NCBI GenBank assembly: GCA_028534125.1
Contig: CM052818.1
Location: forward strand, 15,440,001 to 15,504,000
Origin: Lama glama
Taxonomy: Eukaryota
Direction of reading: 5' to 3'
Length of the DNA stretch: 64,000 nucleotides
A program made the translations under genes and the position numbers. Positions 26,846-37,969 of the stretch are shown in pieces. Positions within the stretch are counted from its first letter, which is position 1. Each line of letters begins with the position of its first letter. Under the pieces are notes generated by a model, which saw only the letters and a program-made list of their open reading frames with translations, made no database searches and was not told the DNA's origin.

Positions 26846-27837
26846 AAATAAAATTAATTACTGAAAGAATAGATATATAATCTGTGACACCAATAAAGAG
26901 AAAATATAATACTTTATCAATTTCAAGAGAGGAAATAATAAAGGAAAATAAAAACAAAGAGAAAGGTTAATACACAGGAGAAGATTAGAATGATAGAAGT
27001 CAGTGAGATCAGTCTCAACACATTATCAGATATGATGTTAAAATATTCAGCCTTCTGATACTAACAGGAGAAAGACCTAGAGCCAAACCATGCAGAAAAT
27101 TTGAACATGAAAGGATGAAAAAGAATATATCAGGCAAGTATTAATTAAAAGAAAGCTACTGTGTCAAAATTAATAGTAGACAAAATAAAATGTAAGGCAA
27201 TAGTCATGTATAAGAATAAATAGAGTTATTATATATTAATAAAAAGCAATCCACCAAGAATATAAATCAGTTATGTACTTGGCAGCATTCTGGGTACTGG
27301 GGAGGACAAGTGAACAGAGAGAAAAAAAAAAAAAAAGCCCTGCCCTTGTGGACAGAACACAGGCAAATTTGAAAAAATACCCAATCATAGTGGGAGATTT
27401 TATCACACCTCTGTGAAATTGAGAGGTCAAGCATTTGAAGAATTAGAAGGATTTGGAATGTTTAAACAAGAAAACTGGTGAGCCTGATTTAAAATATATT
27501 TAAAATTCAATATCCCATTTGTACACGTATATTTTTTTTTCAAGTGCCCATAGAGCAAAAAGCTAAATAACTTGGAATAAATTCAACAAAAGTACTTAAG
27601 GTTCTTACTGAGAAAAATATGAAATATTATTGAAGAAGAATTTAAAAATCTGGTTAAATGGAAAGGTAGGAAATTGTCATGTATGTGATCACTTTATATG
27701 AAAAAGTTCACTCAGTTAACCTATACATTTAAAGCCATTTTTATTAAACCCTAACAGGAATTTTCCTGGACAAACATACTAAAATGTGCATTGAAGAGCA
27801 TAAGGCCAAGTACAGTTAAGGCAGTTTTGAAGGAGAC

Positions 27838-28317
27838 TGTATTAGTCAGAGTTCTCCAGAGAAACAGAACTAAAAGGATACAAACAGAGGAAGAAATTTG
27901 TTATGAGGAGTTGGTTTATGCAATTATGGAAGCTGAGAAATCCCACGATCTGCTGTGTGCATGCTGGAGACCCAAGAAAGCTGGTGTTCTAACTCAGAGC
28001 AAATTCAAAGGCCTGAGAATCAGAGGAGTTGATGGTATGAATTCCAGTCCAAGGGCAAGATGAGGCTGGTGTTTGAGTTCAAAAGGCAGACAGGAAGCAA
28101 AAGGGCAAACTTACTCTTCCTCCAGCTTTTGTTCTGTTCAGGCCCTCAACAGATTGGATGATACCTACTCATAATGGGGAGATGACCTACTTTATTAAGT
28201 CCATTGCTTCAAATGCTTGTCTCATTGGGAAACACCCTCCCAGACACACCCAGAAATAATGTTTACTCTGGGCACCCACTAGCCCAGTCAAGTTGACACA
28301 GAAAATTAACTACTGCA
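27838..28317 (-). mobile_element. ERVL solo LTR (MLT2 family)
   Basis: TGTATTAGTCAGAGTTCTCCAGAGAAACAGAAC...CCCAGTCAAGTTGACACAGAAAATTAACTACTGCA with a 5-bp TSD GAGAC/GAGAG. Confidence 0.9.
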
Positions 28318-29341
28318 GAGAGAGGAACACGGTAAGAGTTCTTCTCTACCATACATCAAAGCTAATTCTAAATTATAGCTATTAAAATAGTGTAGAGAAA
28401 ATGTGGCATTATTTTAGAGATTAAATAGAATAATGGAACCGAATAGAGAATACTGAAATGAACCATTAAACTACGAAGTGACAAATGACAGAGGTGACAT
28501 TATAAATCAGTGGGAAAAGACTGGGGCGGTTAATAAATGGTACTGGGACAAAACTTACCTTTGTGGGTAAAGAATAACACCAAGCCCCATCCCCTAAACA
28601 CAAGGATATGCCCCAGGAAGATTAAAAACATACATGTGAAAACCAGGGTTTTTAAAACTTTTAGAAGAAAATTTAAGTTATTTTTATGATCCTGTGGCAA
28701 GAAAACAAAAATTTTATACTAGACATAATCACAAACCATAAAGTGTAAAATTCACAAATTTGACTATATTAGCACTAGAAATATCTGTACAGCTATAGAT
28801 AAATTATAAGTCACACATTAGAGAGGTTTGAATGAGTATCAGTAAAAATTAAAAGTGTTAAACAGCAGAAACTCAAGAGGATAAAAAGACAAAGTACATG
28901 AACAGGCAATTCATGGACAAAGAAAGCTGGATGGCCAAGCAGTATAGCAAAGACACTTAGTCTTGTTGGGTAATGCAGATAAAACCGCAATGAAATACAA
29001 TTCCCATCAGATTAACAAAAAGTATAAATTCTTATAAAACCAACTATGGTCAGGATAGTGGAGCAGTGGGGCTACTGGTGTGTGTATAAATTTTGTTCAG
29101 TCTCTTAATAGTGCCCCTCGTTACCACAGCCAAGTAATTTCATGCCTCAGCTTATACCCTAGAGAAGCTCTTCCATGTGTGCTCAAGTACACAGGTTTTT
29201 GCAGCAATTTTGTTTTTTTTTTTTTTTTTTTTTTTTGGTAATTCAGGAGTTAAAATGAATTAACTGGAGCTCTATGTATGAACCCAGACAAATCTCGGAA
29301 GTTAAATAGAATAAAGCAAGTTTTAGAATAGGACATATGTT

Positions 29342-29565
29342 TAGTTGACTCTTGAACAATATGGGCTTAGAAAGCCAACAGTCCAAGCAGGAAAATCTGC
29401 ATATAACTTATGGTTGGGCCTCCATATCCAAGATTCCTCCGTATGTTCCACATCCCCTGGTTTAACCAACTGAGGATTGTGTAAAAGGGTAGCATTTACC
29501 TTTGAAAAATACCTGCATAAAAGTGGCCTGCATAGCTCCAGCTCAGGCTGTTTAATGGTCAGCTC
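29342..29565. mobile_element. TcMar-Tigger MITE (Tigger2/MER8-like)
   Basis: TIR-like TAGTTGACTCTTGAACAA ... CTGTTTAATGGTCAGCT, with internal GAAAATCTGCATATAACTT. Confidence 0.7.
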
Positions 29566-30119
29566 TGTGCGTGTGTATCTGTCTAGTGATATCATTTATG
29601 CAGAATTTGAAATTTATTAAATATCTCTGTATTGTTCATAGATACATGCATATAAGGAAAACTATAAACTGCAGAGAAGTGATTCAAGGCAAATTCAATT
29701 TGGTGGTTGGTTCTAAGAAGAAAGGAAAGGAAGTAGGATTTGGGAGGATCATATAAAGTGATTCAACGGTTTTTGTGAAATTTTTGGTTGTTTGGTTCCC
29801 TTTGCTCTAATTTGCTTTGTTTTAACATTTAAAATAAACATGGCAAACCATGAAGACTGTTAAAGTTAGTTGGTATACGAGCATTTATTTGATTATTTTA
29901 GGCTTCTCTGTATGTTTAAATATTTCACAATAAAAGCATGCTGTAAATTTATTTTAATATTGACCTAAAGTAAAATGGGGAACAAGGCAAATTTTCGAGC
30001 TAGTTTGTAAAAGTAGATCAAAGAGACTGGCTGACTTAAGAGTTCAAATGACAATATCTCATAGCATTTCGTTAACTACAAACCTCTAGAGATCAAAGCT
30101 ACAATAAATGTAGTCAACT

Positions 30120-30315
30120 CAGTTGAAGATAGATTTGGGATGAAAAAGAAATAATTTATTTGTTCAAATTGGAAGGACTAATGGTAGGGAGTGATCTCCT
30201 TGTTCCTGGAAAGTTTTCAAACAGGACTGGTAACCACAGTCAGCCTGGTGGGGAGGGAGGCGCTATTTCGGATGCAGGAGTCAATGATATGAGTGCTAAG
30301 GTCTCTTCCAACAAC
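30120..30315 (+). mobile_element. CR1/L3 3' end fragment
   Basis: GATCTCCTTGTTCCTGGAAAGTTTTCAAACAGGACTGG...TAAGGTCTCTTCCAAC resembles the CR1 3' terminus (GGTCCCTTCCAAC). Confidence 0.55.
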
Positions 30316-33199
30316 TACTGTTAAACATGATCAATTTCTTTTCTTTGTTGATTAGACAGGCACTTCTTACAGGGTTTTATGATCCCCTCTTTTCACATGA
30401 ATAGTCATTATCTTATGACAATAAAAAGTTTTTATACCCTTAATTTAGGTGGTCTCAAATTTGGATCAGGCTTTGTAGCAGGCAAAAATTATTCTTTCCT
30501 TGATGAGCAAATTTTTGGTTAAGAAATGTCTGATAAAATTATCACTGTTTATTCAGTAACACTTAATAATTGCTTACTGACTGCCATACTGTTTTACTAC
30601 TCTGCTACTCTCTAAGCTTTGTCTCAGTCATCTCCTTAGATTAGAAATAGTTTTAAAAAATCAGACATTCATTTTTTAATCCACTTATACTATTCTCAAA
30701 TTATCTAAATCCAGTTATTTAATGGATTTAATATCAATATTATTGTTTTAGAGATACAAATATAACAGCTAACATTGGTGTAGCTTAATTTTCCTAATTA
30801 TGTTAGAAACAGAGAAGCTGACCTTGTCCTCTGTCTCTAGAGATCATTTGAAAGAAACAAAGGCATGGTCTGCTAAGGTCACCCTAAAAACCCATTAAAA
30901 ATTTATTAAAGACTTGAGTTAGTAGTAGGCAGATGGAAAATATAAGTATCCAAACAGAAAATAGAATGTTGTGGTGCAGCAGGAAACACAGGTATATAGC
31001 CATGAAAAATCAATGGAACTAACTCAAAAAGGTAATAAATCTCTCTTAAGGAATGTTGTCATGTTTTCTGAACCTGCAGCCATAGCCTACGGTAAACTTT
31101 CTATCTGATGAGTTCAAAGTTTCTTGCACTTTCATATCTGGTAACAAATTAAGAGTGTTTTCTTCAGTGATTGAGTGGTGGGATGGAGAATTTTTTTCTA
31201 AAAAACAAATCATCTATTGAAGTCCTGTGTAATTGTTCTGATACACTCTTTGCTGCAGCAAAAATGAGGAACTACATAATTGGTTTCTAGCTTTTAAGAG
31301 CAAGGATATAGTGATGTGACCCAACTGGTCATTTCCCTTTTAAGTTCTGTGATTCAGAAGAATGTCTTCCACAGCCTGTATCTCCAGATCACAGATGTAT
31401 AATTGGACAGGTATTAGCTGCCTGTTTGAATCAAAAAACATATAAAAATGATGGCAAGGGAAGGTGGGAAGGATGTCCTGTATATAAAAGAGTGAACTCT
31501 AAATCAGTAAGAGAAGTAAGTTTTAGAGTGTCTGAGAATTTGTCTTTTTACTCAGAAGGTCCCCAGAAAGTTCTATTCATGTTACTTGAAGGGATTGGTG
31601 AGTGCTTTTCATTCTAGCTGGAGACTGAAGACGATGTTTCTACTCTAAACAATTTTAGAATTTGTGTCTAAATGAGCAGCTGGAGCCCTCAGTGGTGTGT
31701 TGTCCCTCGTGCCAGCTAGACTGTATAGTGATGCAGACTTTGTCATTTTTTGGTACTTGTCTTTGTAATATTTATTCAGAGAGTGGCTACAGCAATGGCT
31801 TTTTTTTAAAAAGTGATTTTAAACTTTATTTTATAAAGTGTGGTATCTTAGAACTCACCACTTCAGAAACATACTCTGTGTCTAAAATTTCCAGGTGGGT
31901 CCAAGGTATTTCTAAATCGCTTTGGACAGCATTAACTTGGTGGCTTTGAAAGTAATGGAGTGAAACCTTCCAAATAGTTTGACAAAATTGGCAATGCTTC
32001 AGAAAGAGGAGAGCCAAATGGAAATGTCCCCGTGGAAAATGCACTGCACAGATGGTTGTAATATGGTGGATTGTGACAGGACAGCACATACCATGTTTTC
32101 CTTGGGTATCTAGGCCAGAGACCATGATTTGTGGTTTTTTGTTATGAACCAAATCGTATTGACAGCTCTAATTTAGTGACATGGACATAATAGATTCATG
32201 ACCCTTTCAGTTTCCTAGTCTGCAAATAACCTAGCTATTTTTTCCTTCAGTACTATTAGAATAAGGTAACTTGTGAATAAAAGATGTATTGACTTTATGT
32301 GTTACACATTGTTTTTGTGAACACAGCTATAGTCCTTAACTGAGATTCTGGCACTGAAATGTAACAGCTATATTTCTACTGTGTGCAGAAGTTATGCTAG
32401 ACAAGCAAATGCTATAAAAAAGTGCTTTCTATGCTATCAATTTATGACAGAAAATTTATCAAAGTTTTATTATTTTATGCTGTGTTTTGGCATGTAATTT
32501 TCAAGAAACCTTTTTTCAGTTGATCTTAATATCATTAAAGGTGAGATAGATTTTCCAGTTATCTTATGATATTTTAATACATCCTTCATGACTTGCTTTT
32601 TGGAGAGCAAAATTGCCAGTTCTTTTTACCTTCATATTTAAGGGAAAAACAAAAATACATGCTTTGTTTTAATTCTTCAGCAGCTCCAGGAAGTAAAATA
32701 AATGATAGCATGGTCTGGAATTGAATTTCTAGCACTAAAATGAAATTTTGTAAGAATTTAACATCTTCTGCTACAGAGGCTAGACAGATTCCATTATAGT
32801 ATATAAAGTGCTTCATTTGTGTGTTTAAAAAAATTAGGTTTTGGCAGGGGGAGGAGGGTGGTGTGAAGGAAACAGTAGAGGATAGATTTGATTTGACTTT
32901 GTTCCCACCTGGCCAAAGAGTGGCCAGATCTCTGCTTTAGGAAAACTTCCTTTTGGAAAGATTGGGAAGGAGCTGATGGCTCTGTACCTGAATAGAAGTA
33001 AGCATGAAACAGATTAGTGATTTTTGTCCTATTTGGTCTTTTTTAGTTTTTTGAATTGTACTCTTTAGTATGTACTAATAGACTTCACTGTTCCCTTTGG
33101 TGGATATAGAAAAAAGAAAAACTCCAGGAATTCCTCCTTTCCACACGTTTCTTCTCCTCCTCCCCCTCCTCCTTGTTCTTCTTCAAGTTACACACAGAT

Positions 33200-33459
33200 T
33201 TTTCCTGAGGCCTCTCTTCTTGACTTGTAGCTGGTGGTCTTTATACTGTATCCTGACACAGTCTTCATTCTGTCTGTGCCTGTTAATCTCTTCTTATAAA
33301 GACACCAGTCATGTTGGATTAGGTCCCACCCCAATGACTTCACTTTAACTAATTATTTCTTTAAAGACCTTACATCAACTACAGTCACATTTTGAGGTTC
33401 TCAACGTGTGCATTTTCAACATACGAATTTTGAGGGGGTATAAATTCAGCCCACAACAA
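33200..33459 (-). mobile_element. MaLR LTR fragment (MLT1A/B-like)
   Basis: TCTCTTCTTATAAAGACACCAGTCATGTTGGATTAGG...TACAGTCACATTTTGAGG...AATTCAGCCCACAACA. Confidence 0.8.
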
Positions 33460-34619
33460 AGCTGGTAATCTCAAATTCAGTTTGGCTTTAGAATTAAATG
33501 AATACTGCTAACCAAGAAGCAGAAACTTGTTCACATTTGTTAGATATGTACTATTTAATTTGTAGATAAAAACAGTATGATGCAGAGAACAGTCCCGGGT
33601 CTTACCACTCACTGTCTTCCTTATGTAATCGGAATTTCTGCCTCTAAGATTCACCATCAGTTAAAAATCTTCATTCAGGGATTACCACAAAAGCCTGTAT
33701 ATAATGTTGGGTGGTAAAAATTCAAACATGAACCAGGGACAATTAAAAACCCAGTCCAGCTTCATCCAGTATGAAATAATTTCTTGGAACAAGCATCTGG
33801 GAGGGGCAGTGGATCACAATTTCTTAGTGTTAACGTAAGCAAGTGATTAGAGATTAATTTACCAAACTTAACCCACCAGACCTAGAGTATGTTCTCAAAT
33901 TTTACTCTGTCCTAGCTGCAGAAAGGCATCTTTTAATATCCTCTACTCAAAATTATAGAGCTAGTTATCTTTTGGGTATATTCTGAAAATACAAGACCAG
34001 CTATCTATTTAATAAATTTTGGGGCATGGGCCTCTTGCTATATCTGCATACCCAGTATGAAGACAGGTCAGGTATCTAAAGGATATCTTTTCCCAGTGTT
34101 TTATTTTCAGTGTCTTACGTATTTATAAAAAAAATTCATTTTCTTGCTCAGTCTGATAATTTTAAGTGGGATATTTAGGCCATTATCATTTAATATAATT
34201 GTTAATATAATGCAGTTGTGTTTAAGTTTACTATTTTCCCATTTATTTTGTGTTTGTCCCAGTGATTCTTGTTCCTTCATTGCTTCTTTCTTTAGGATTA
34301 ACCAGATAACCTTGAGTATTGAATTTAGTTTTATCTTTTGGCCTTTTAGTGATATTATTTTGTATTTTTTTAAGAAGTCACTGTAAGGCTACCAGTATCA
34401 CATAACTTACCACAGCTCATTTTGAATTACTATTATACTACTTGATGTACAATATAGCAACCTTAAATGATACAATTCCATTCATCCCTTCCCATCGCTT
34501 CTGCTGTTATATTTTTTTGCCTCTAGATTTGTTTGCTGTGTATGGTCATAATCACAGGTCCCGGGGATTAGGGCTCCGATGTACCTTTGGGACAGGATGA
34601 GGGGGGCACAATCATTCTG

Positions 34620-35190
34620 CCCCATTTTACCACTTCCCTGTTTCAGACCCTCCAGTGGCCTCATATATCACTCAGAGTAAAACGCAGAGTCCTTACAAAG
34701 GGCTGTAAGTTCTCACACATACACCCTCTCCTTGTCTTTCTTCTTTGACCTCATATAGAACTAATTTTCTTTTTTCTCCCTTTACTCCAGGCACACTAGC
34801 ATTCTTTGATTGTGGAACATAGCAGTCATGCACCCCTCAGGGCAATAAACTTAATGGAACACTTTTGCTCCAAATTTCAAACTCACTCCCTCATTTTAGG
34901 GCTTTGATCTGAAGTTTCCTTCTTATTAAGGCTTCTCCTGATTTTCTGTTTAAAATTGCAACTCTTCCAAACACCCTCTCCCATTTCCCACAATCAGCCA
35001 TTGTCTTTTAAATTTTTTCCATAACGTATCACTTAATCACTAATATATACCTTATTTATTATTTGGATTATTGTCAGCCTTCAGCCATTCAAATGAAAGT
35101 TCTGTGAGGGCAGAAATTTTTGTTTATTTTGGTTGCTGTTTTATCCATAACACATAGTAAATGCTCAATAACTATTCCTTGAATGAATAT
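34620..35190 (+). mobile_element. LINE-2 (L2a-like) 3' fragment
   Basis: CCCTCCAGTGGCCTCATATCACTCAGAGTAAAACGCAGAGTCCTTACAA ... CACATAGTAAATGCTCAATAACTATTCCTTGAATGAAT. Confidence 0.8.
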
Positions 35191-35849
35191 GTGTCTTAAC
35201 GGCTTCCATTTTTCCTATTGAGAAAGCTGTCAGTGTGGTTATTTTTATTTTGTGGATAAAAATAGTTTCTGACTACTTTAAATATATTCTTACAGTTTCT
35301 GGTGTCACTGCAAAGTATCTACATACACGTTCATTTGTATGTGTTCAGCTTAGCATACTCAGTTATAGTTCCTTACCTCTGGATTCATTTCCTTCTTTAG
35401 CTCTCAAAAATTTGCAGCCATGCCTACTTTAAATGTAGCTTCTCTTCTGTTCTATCTCTTCTCACCTTTGGAACTCTGACTCTGTCCTCCTTTTGTTCAT
35501 TACTTTTCTCCGTAACACCCACCATCATATGATCTACTTTCTACTTGCTTTGTGTGTTTTTTCCTTGTATTTTCCCCTCAAAGAGCAGAAGGTACCTAAT
35601 GCACAACAGATGCTTAATAAAAGCTAGTTGAATATTTCTGGAATGAATGAACAAATATTAGCTGTTCTCTTTGTACCCTCTCTTTCTTTTAACCTCTCTT
35701 TCAGAGTTAGTATCTGCTTTTTTCTTTGTGCTACATTTGGAACAGTTTCTTCAGTGGTGTCTCTGAAAATTCATCTTTACAGTTTTTGCGTATTCTGATA
35801 CTTAATCTTCCTACTAATATTTTTATTTAAACCATGGTTTTTTCACTTG

Positions 35850-36440
35850 TTTTTCAAAAACAGCTCTATTAAATGTAATTGATGTACAGTAAACTGCATG
35901 TATTTAGTGTATACAATTTGATGAGTTATCACATTTCTACCTGTGAAACCATCACCATAATCAAGGTAACAGACATGTTCACCATCTCCAAAAGTTTCCT
36001 TGTGTCCTGCTTTGTTTTTTTATGTAAGAATATACATGGGACCTATCTTCTTAACAAAATTTTAAGTGCACAATATGGTATAGTTGAGTGTAGCACTATG
36101 CTGTACAGCAGACCTCTAGAACTGATTCTTCTTGCATAACTGAAACTGTTTACCAATTGAACAACTCCCCATGTTCTCTCCTCCTGGCCCCTGATACCCA
36201 CAGGTGTAATCTCTGCTTCTATGAGTTTGACCATTTCAGGAACCTGTATATAAGTGGACTCATGTCATGTTTGTCCTTCTGTGACTGACTTATTTCGCTT
36301 TTTGTAATGTCCTCCCAGTTTACCCATGTTGTTGCAAAGCCAAGATTTCTTTCTGTTTAAATTCTGTATAGTATTCTGTTGTATGCATCGTGTTTTTCTT
36401 TATCCATTCGTATGTTGGTGGACATTTGGGTTGTTTCCAT
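35850..36440 (-). mobile_element. L1 3' end (L1MA9/10-like)
   Basis: Antisense 3'UTR: GTATACAATTTGATGAG...GTGAAACCATCACCATAATCAAG...CTATGCTGTACAGCAGACCTCTAGAACT...GGACATTTGGGTTGTTTCCA. Confidence 0.8.
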
Positions 36441-36667
36441 AACATCTTTCCATTTCTAAAATTTCTACATATTTTTTTTTAGCTTTGCCTGATTACTTTT
36501 GATAGTATCTTATAGCTTGCTCATTCTAAAGTGTAATTACTTCTTTAAATAGCTCATCCATAGCTATTTCATAATCTCTAACTGACAGTTATAATATTTC
36601 AAGTTCTTGAATGCCTAAAATTTTTGTCTATACTTGTGTTCTTGTATGTTAGGTGATTTTGATTACA

Positions 36668-36717
<50 letters not shown>
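36668..36717. repeat. Compound microsatellite (TG)4(TA)14(CA)7
   Basis: Read directly from the sequence. 36668-36711 is a perfect 44-bp palindrome. Confidence 0.95.
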
Positions 36718-37794
36718 TAATGATTTGTGACATATAAATGAATATATACACACACAATTTGCTGAGTTTTATATAGGACCATATATAATAGAAAACCTGT
36801 AAACCTACAAATGCAAATCATCACTAAGGAAAGCTTCTACACCATTCCTCGGTGAGGATTTGCATTTGTTTAATGTGGTAGCAACAAATCTTCAGCCCTA
36901 TTTCAGGGTTCTTGGCTTAATCCAAGAATCTTGCATTCAGCTCTGCCTTTTGCTCTGTGATACCGTCACCAAGTGTCTTCACTGCAGAGCTGCTACTGCC
37001 ATCTGTTTTCAGAGCAATGCAACTTTCTTATTTGCTTACTACTTTCCACTTTTAGATTCTGATTTTAGTTTTCTTTGTTTTTATCTTCTTATTGTATCCT
37101 TTACCTCCTCCATGCCCAACAACGTAATAAGCACTGTGGGTAAATATGTTTATATCTCTAGTTCTATTTATATATGTATATCTTTTTTCTTTCACGGGCT
37201 TTCATTTATCTAGAAAAATGGCTTGATATACTTTTTCTACTTTTCGTTGGATTTCTCACAGAATTGATAAGAATTATACTGAGAGGATGTCAATACGTGG
37301 ATAAATAAGCTACTGTTAATAAATATGGAATCATTACCATGCAAGTCTATCAGTTATTTGCACCATTAACAGTAAATACCCACGTGCTTCCTTATTTCAT
37401 GTCTACCACTGTAAGAACATTACAGTTCCACTTGTCTACCTACACAATATTCTCAACAGGTAACTCAGAACTGATTTTTTGCTCAACTCCACTAGTGAGA
37501 TTTTTAAATATTTTTCCTTTTGTAGGAAAAATTAAATTACCACTATATTCTCTTAAAAACAACTCTGGATGTAACACGTGTCTTGCTTCTTGTTGGTATG
37601 AAACCATGACCCTGTAAATTTGTGATATGAGCTACGGCTAAGTATTTCCTCCCCATATTTCTATTTTTCTGTCTTTCATCTGAAATTACATCCTAATTTA
37701 GTAGCATTCAACAACCTGGTGCAGATTTTAGACTTGGGGAAAACTCTTGGGATTAGATAGTAGAAGTTTTTAAGACGTGTAGAGGAAGTCTGTT

Positions 37795-37969
37795 GTGTTT
37801 TTTTTTTTAATATTTTCATTTATTTATTATTGTATTATTTAATTATTTTTCATTTTGGGGGGAGGTAATTAGGTTACTTGTTTATTTGTTAGAGGAGGGA
37901 CTGGGGACTGAACCCCGGACTTCGTGCCTGCTAAGCATGTGCTCTACCACTTGAGCTACACCCTCCCCC
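37795..37969 (-). mobile_element. Camelid tRNA-Ala-derived SINE (Vic-1 type)
   Basis: Minus strand reads GGGGGAGGGTGTAGCTCAAGTGGTAGAGCACATGCTTAGCAGGCACGAAGTCCGGGGTTCAGTCCCCAG, then a CCTAATTACCTCCCCCC tail. Perfect TSD GAGGAAGTCTGTT (37782-37794 / 37970-37982). Confidence 0.92.

Larger units (their letters stand above)
23085..29940 (+). mobile_element. Ancient, apparently near full-length L1 (L1M/L1ME-type) hosting nested insertions
   Basis: A 5'UTR-like start ATTTCTGGTCAAGATAG (cf. ACTTCCGG..AAGATGG), ORF1-like sequence at 23.8-24.5 kb, endonuclease/ORF2-like sequence at 27.0-29.2 kb, and a 3' end TATTTCACAATAAAA. The sense strand is A-rich. Confidence 0.7.
34140..36660 (-). mobile_element. 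Ancient L1 fragments (ORF1/ORF2 boundary) hosting L2 and L1MA-type insertions
   Basis: T-rich antisense L1-like blocks at 34140-34540, 35200-35850 and 36440-36660. Confidence 0.5.
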
